DNA from: Amphiscolops sp. MND2022
Taxonomy: Eukaryota
Length of the DNA: 64,000 nucleotides
Reading direction: 5' to 3'
NCBI GenBank assembly: GCA_964187785.1
Contig: OZ076415.1
Span: 28,458,001 to 28,522,000, forward strand
A model generated the notes under the pieces. That model did not search any database. It worked only from the letters and a program-made list of their open reading frames with translations, and was not told where the DNA came from. Shown one piece after another: positions 62,285-64,000 of this stretch (the stretch's first letter is position 1; the number at the start of each line of letters is the position of its first letter). A program made the position numbers and the translations under genes.

Positions 62285-63010
62285 AGAAGTTGGCAAACAA
62301 GGGGGGGAGAATAATTTTGAACATTCTTTTTAAACAGTTCTGGAGTTCTTACAAAATTATTTGTTTCATTACAATTAGAAATAGGAATTTTTCAAATTTG
62401 GCAAACAGGGGGGAGTATCTGTTTGAAACATTCTACCTAAACGCTCCTGGAGTCGTTACAAAACAATTTGTTTCATAACAATTGGAAATAAGAATTTTTT
62501 AAATTTGGAAAACAGGTGAGAGTATCTGTTTGAAACATTCTACCTAAACGCTCCTGGAGTCGTTACAAAATAATTTGTTTCATTACAACTAAAATTCGAG
62601 ATTTTTTAATTTGACAAACATGGGGGGTTTTAATTACTTGGACCAATCTACTTAATCAATTCTGGAGTCGTTACAAAATTATTTGTTTTATTACAAATAG
62701 AAATAGGGATTTTTTAATTTGACAATTATGGGAGGGGGGTAATTATTTAGAACATTCTACTTTAACAATTCTGGAGGCGTTACAAAAGTATTTGTTTCAT
62801 CACAATTAGAAATCTATTTTTTTAATCGACTAACAGGGGGAAGGGTTTGTAACTATTTTAAACATTCTACTTAAACGCTCCTGGAGTCGTTACAAAATTA
62901 TTTGATTCATTGCAAATAGAAATAGGGATTTTTTAATTTGACAAACAAGAAGGTGTATTTATTTGAAACATTCTAGTTTAACAATTCTGGAGGCGTTACA
63001 AAATCATTTG
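62285..63010. repeat. Subterminal tandem array, about seven ~108-bp units each with (CT)CCTGGAGTCGTTACAAAA
   Basis: Motif near 62340, 62444, 62552, 62661, 62770, 62878 and 62986. Confidence 0.9.
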
Positions 63011-63453
63011 TTTCATCACAATTACTAGGAAGTTTTTAGAATTCGGCAAACAGGGAATATATTGTGAAAACCATTCAACATATTCATCAAAATTATTCAT
63101 ATACAAATGAAAGAATCCACAAATTTTATTTAATGGTATTTCAGTGAATTCATACGAAACGAAGAATCCACAAAAACTTGGTACCTCCATACAGTGACCT
63201 AATTAGCGAAGAATCCATGTCAACTAATAATTGCTTAGGGAAGAATCCACACAATTTCAAGATTCGAGAGAAACGAGAGAAATTTTCTTTTGGCGATTCT
63301 TCGCAGGTTACACACGGTATTAGTGCAAGAAACCAGAAAATGTTTCACTCCACTTTTTAATTCTTGAAACGCATGTGTTATAATGCCGCTGAAGAATCCA
63401 CATAAGACTACAACAGGTTTGTTGCAGTCACTGTTTTTCCCCGATTGACATCG

Positions 63454-64000
63454 TAATGAACTTGGTCCTTCACCAATGCTCTGCACAACAGATGCCTTCC
63501 TCCACAGCCGTCTTTTTTGGGTTGCGTCTTGAGGCAGTTGTACAATGAAGCCATAGAAACAAAAAAAATTCCCGGCAACAGTTTTTGCTCGTTCAGTTGG
63601 AGTCTTCTTTTTGAGCACTTGTCACTGCCACAACAGATGTTTGTCTTTGAAGACTACACAACTGACCTGGGGTTTCAAGGTTGACACCTTTGTGCACCTG
63701 GTGTTTTTGCTGGAAGTTGTTGCAACGAACACTTTAGGATTGGTTTTGGTATTCGTTACGTTTTCGTTTGGAGTTTCATTAACTTTCGGTTTTCCAGAAA
63801 GAACTTCATGGAGAACCTCTCGTGAGCTTCGGGTGTGTCCTTCAGCCAGCCGTTGAAGTCAATCACAGTCGGTTGGTTCAAATTGCGCTTCACTGTATGC
63901 ATCGATCAAGATTCGTCCGTGTTTTATGGAAGCTTTTGGACAGCTTGACTAAGCAGTGAAGCACTCAAAACATCTTGAACGTAGTTCAGATATCAAAAAA
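63454..64000 (-). mobile_element. BEL/Pao element 2, 5' part (gag zinc-knuckle region); continues beyond the window
   Basis: KKTPTERAKTVAGNFFCF and SLYNCLKTQPKKDGCGGRH are homologous to KEAPTERAKVVIENKFCFSCFNGQHSFRNCP of element 1. Confidence 0.8.

Larger units (their letters stand above)
45088..63453. mobile_element. 18,366-bp TIR DNA transposon carrying a RAG1/Transib-like transposase and chromatin-modifier genes, inserted in BEL-2 gag
   Basis: Ends CGACGCCAATCGGGGAA (45088-45104) and TTCCCCGATTGACATCG (63437-63453) are 15/17 inverted, each flanked by TA. Excision rejoins the BEL frame ...ALVKDQVH*NCNIMTENQKTGEVTSC... Confidence 0.82.

Noticed and set aside
62285-63010. Regularly spaced conserved motif resembling a CRISPR array
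   Set aside because: The 'spacers' are homologous to each other (tandem ~108-bp units), there are no cas genes, and the context is eukaryotic with introns.

Overview
This is AT-rich, TE-dense animal genomic DNA with spliceosomal introns and two N gaps. It looks like an invertebrate; I cannot confirm the species from sequence alone. There is no prokaryotic operon or CRISPR structure. From left to right: (1) a decayed BEL/Pao LTR retrotransposon (1-5760, minus strand) whose LTRs carry a tRNA-like A/B-box module, with local tandem and segmental duplications; (2) a ~3 kb diverged fold-back palindrome; (3) LINE, Gypsy and Helentron-like remnants; (4) a same-strand cluster of three Crypton-like zinc-finger/tyrosine-recombinase copies at 26.5-34.2 kb, one with an intact ~713-aa ORF; (5) a decayed Gypsy element; (6) an intronless secreted MACPF gene of the perivitellin-2-like type; (7) a second BEL/Pao element split by an 18,366-bp insertion (45088-63453). 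That insertion is the most interesting object. It has 17-bp TIRs (15/17 match) and TA flanks, and removing it restores the BEL gag frame. It carries a RAG1/Transib-like DDE transposase with a BRCT-like tail, a small RING ORF, and oppositely oriented arrays of a GGAGTCGTTAC motif. It also carries a multi-exon minus-strand gene with C2H2 fingers, a KDM2/KDM7-type JmjC domain, ELM2- and BAH-like segments, a probable tyrosine-recombinase region and a SET domain. This copy is pseudogenised, but the architecture suggests a giant DNA transposon encoding its own sequence-targeted chromatin-modifying (possibly anti-silencing) machinery. All domain calls come from manual motif recognition and need HMM confirmation.
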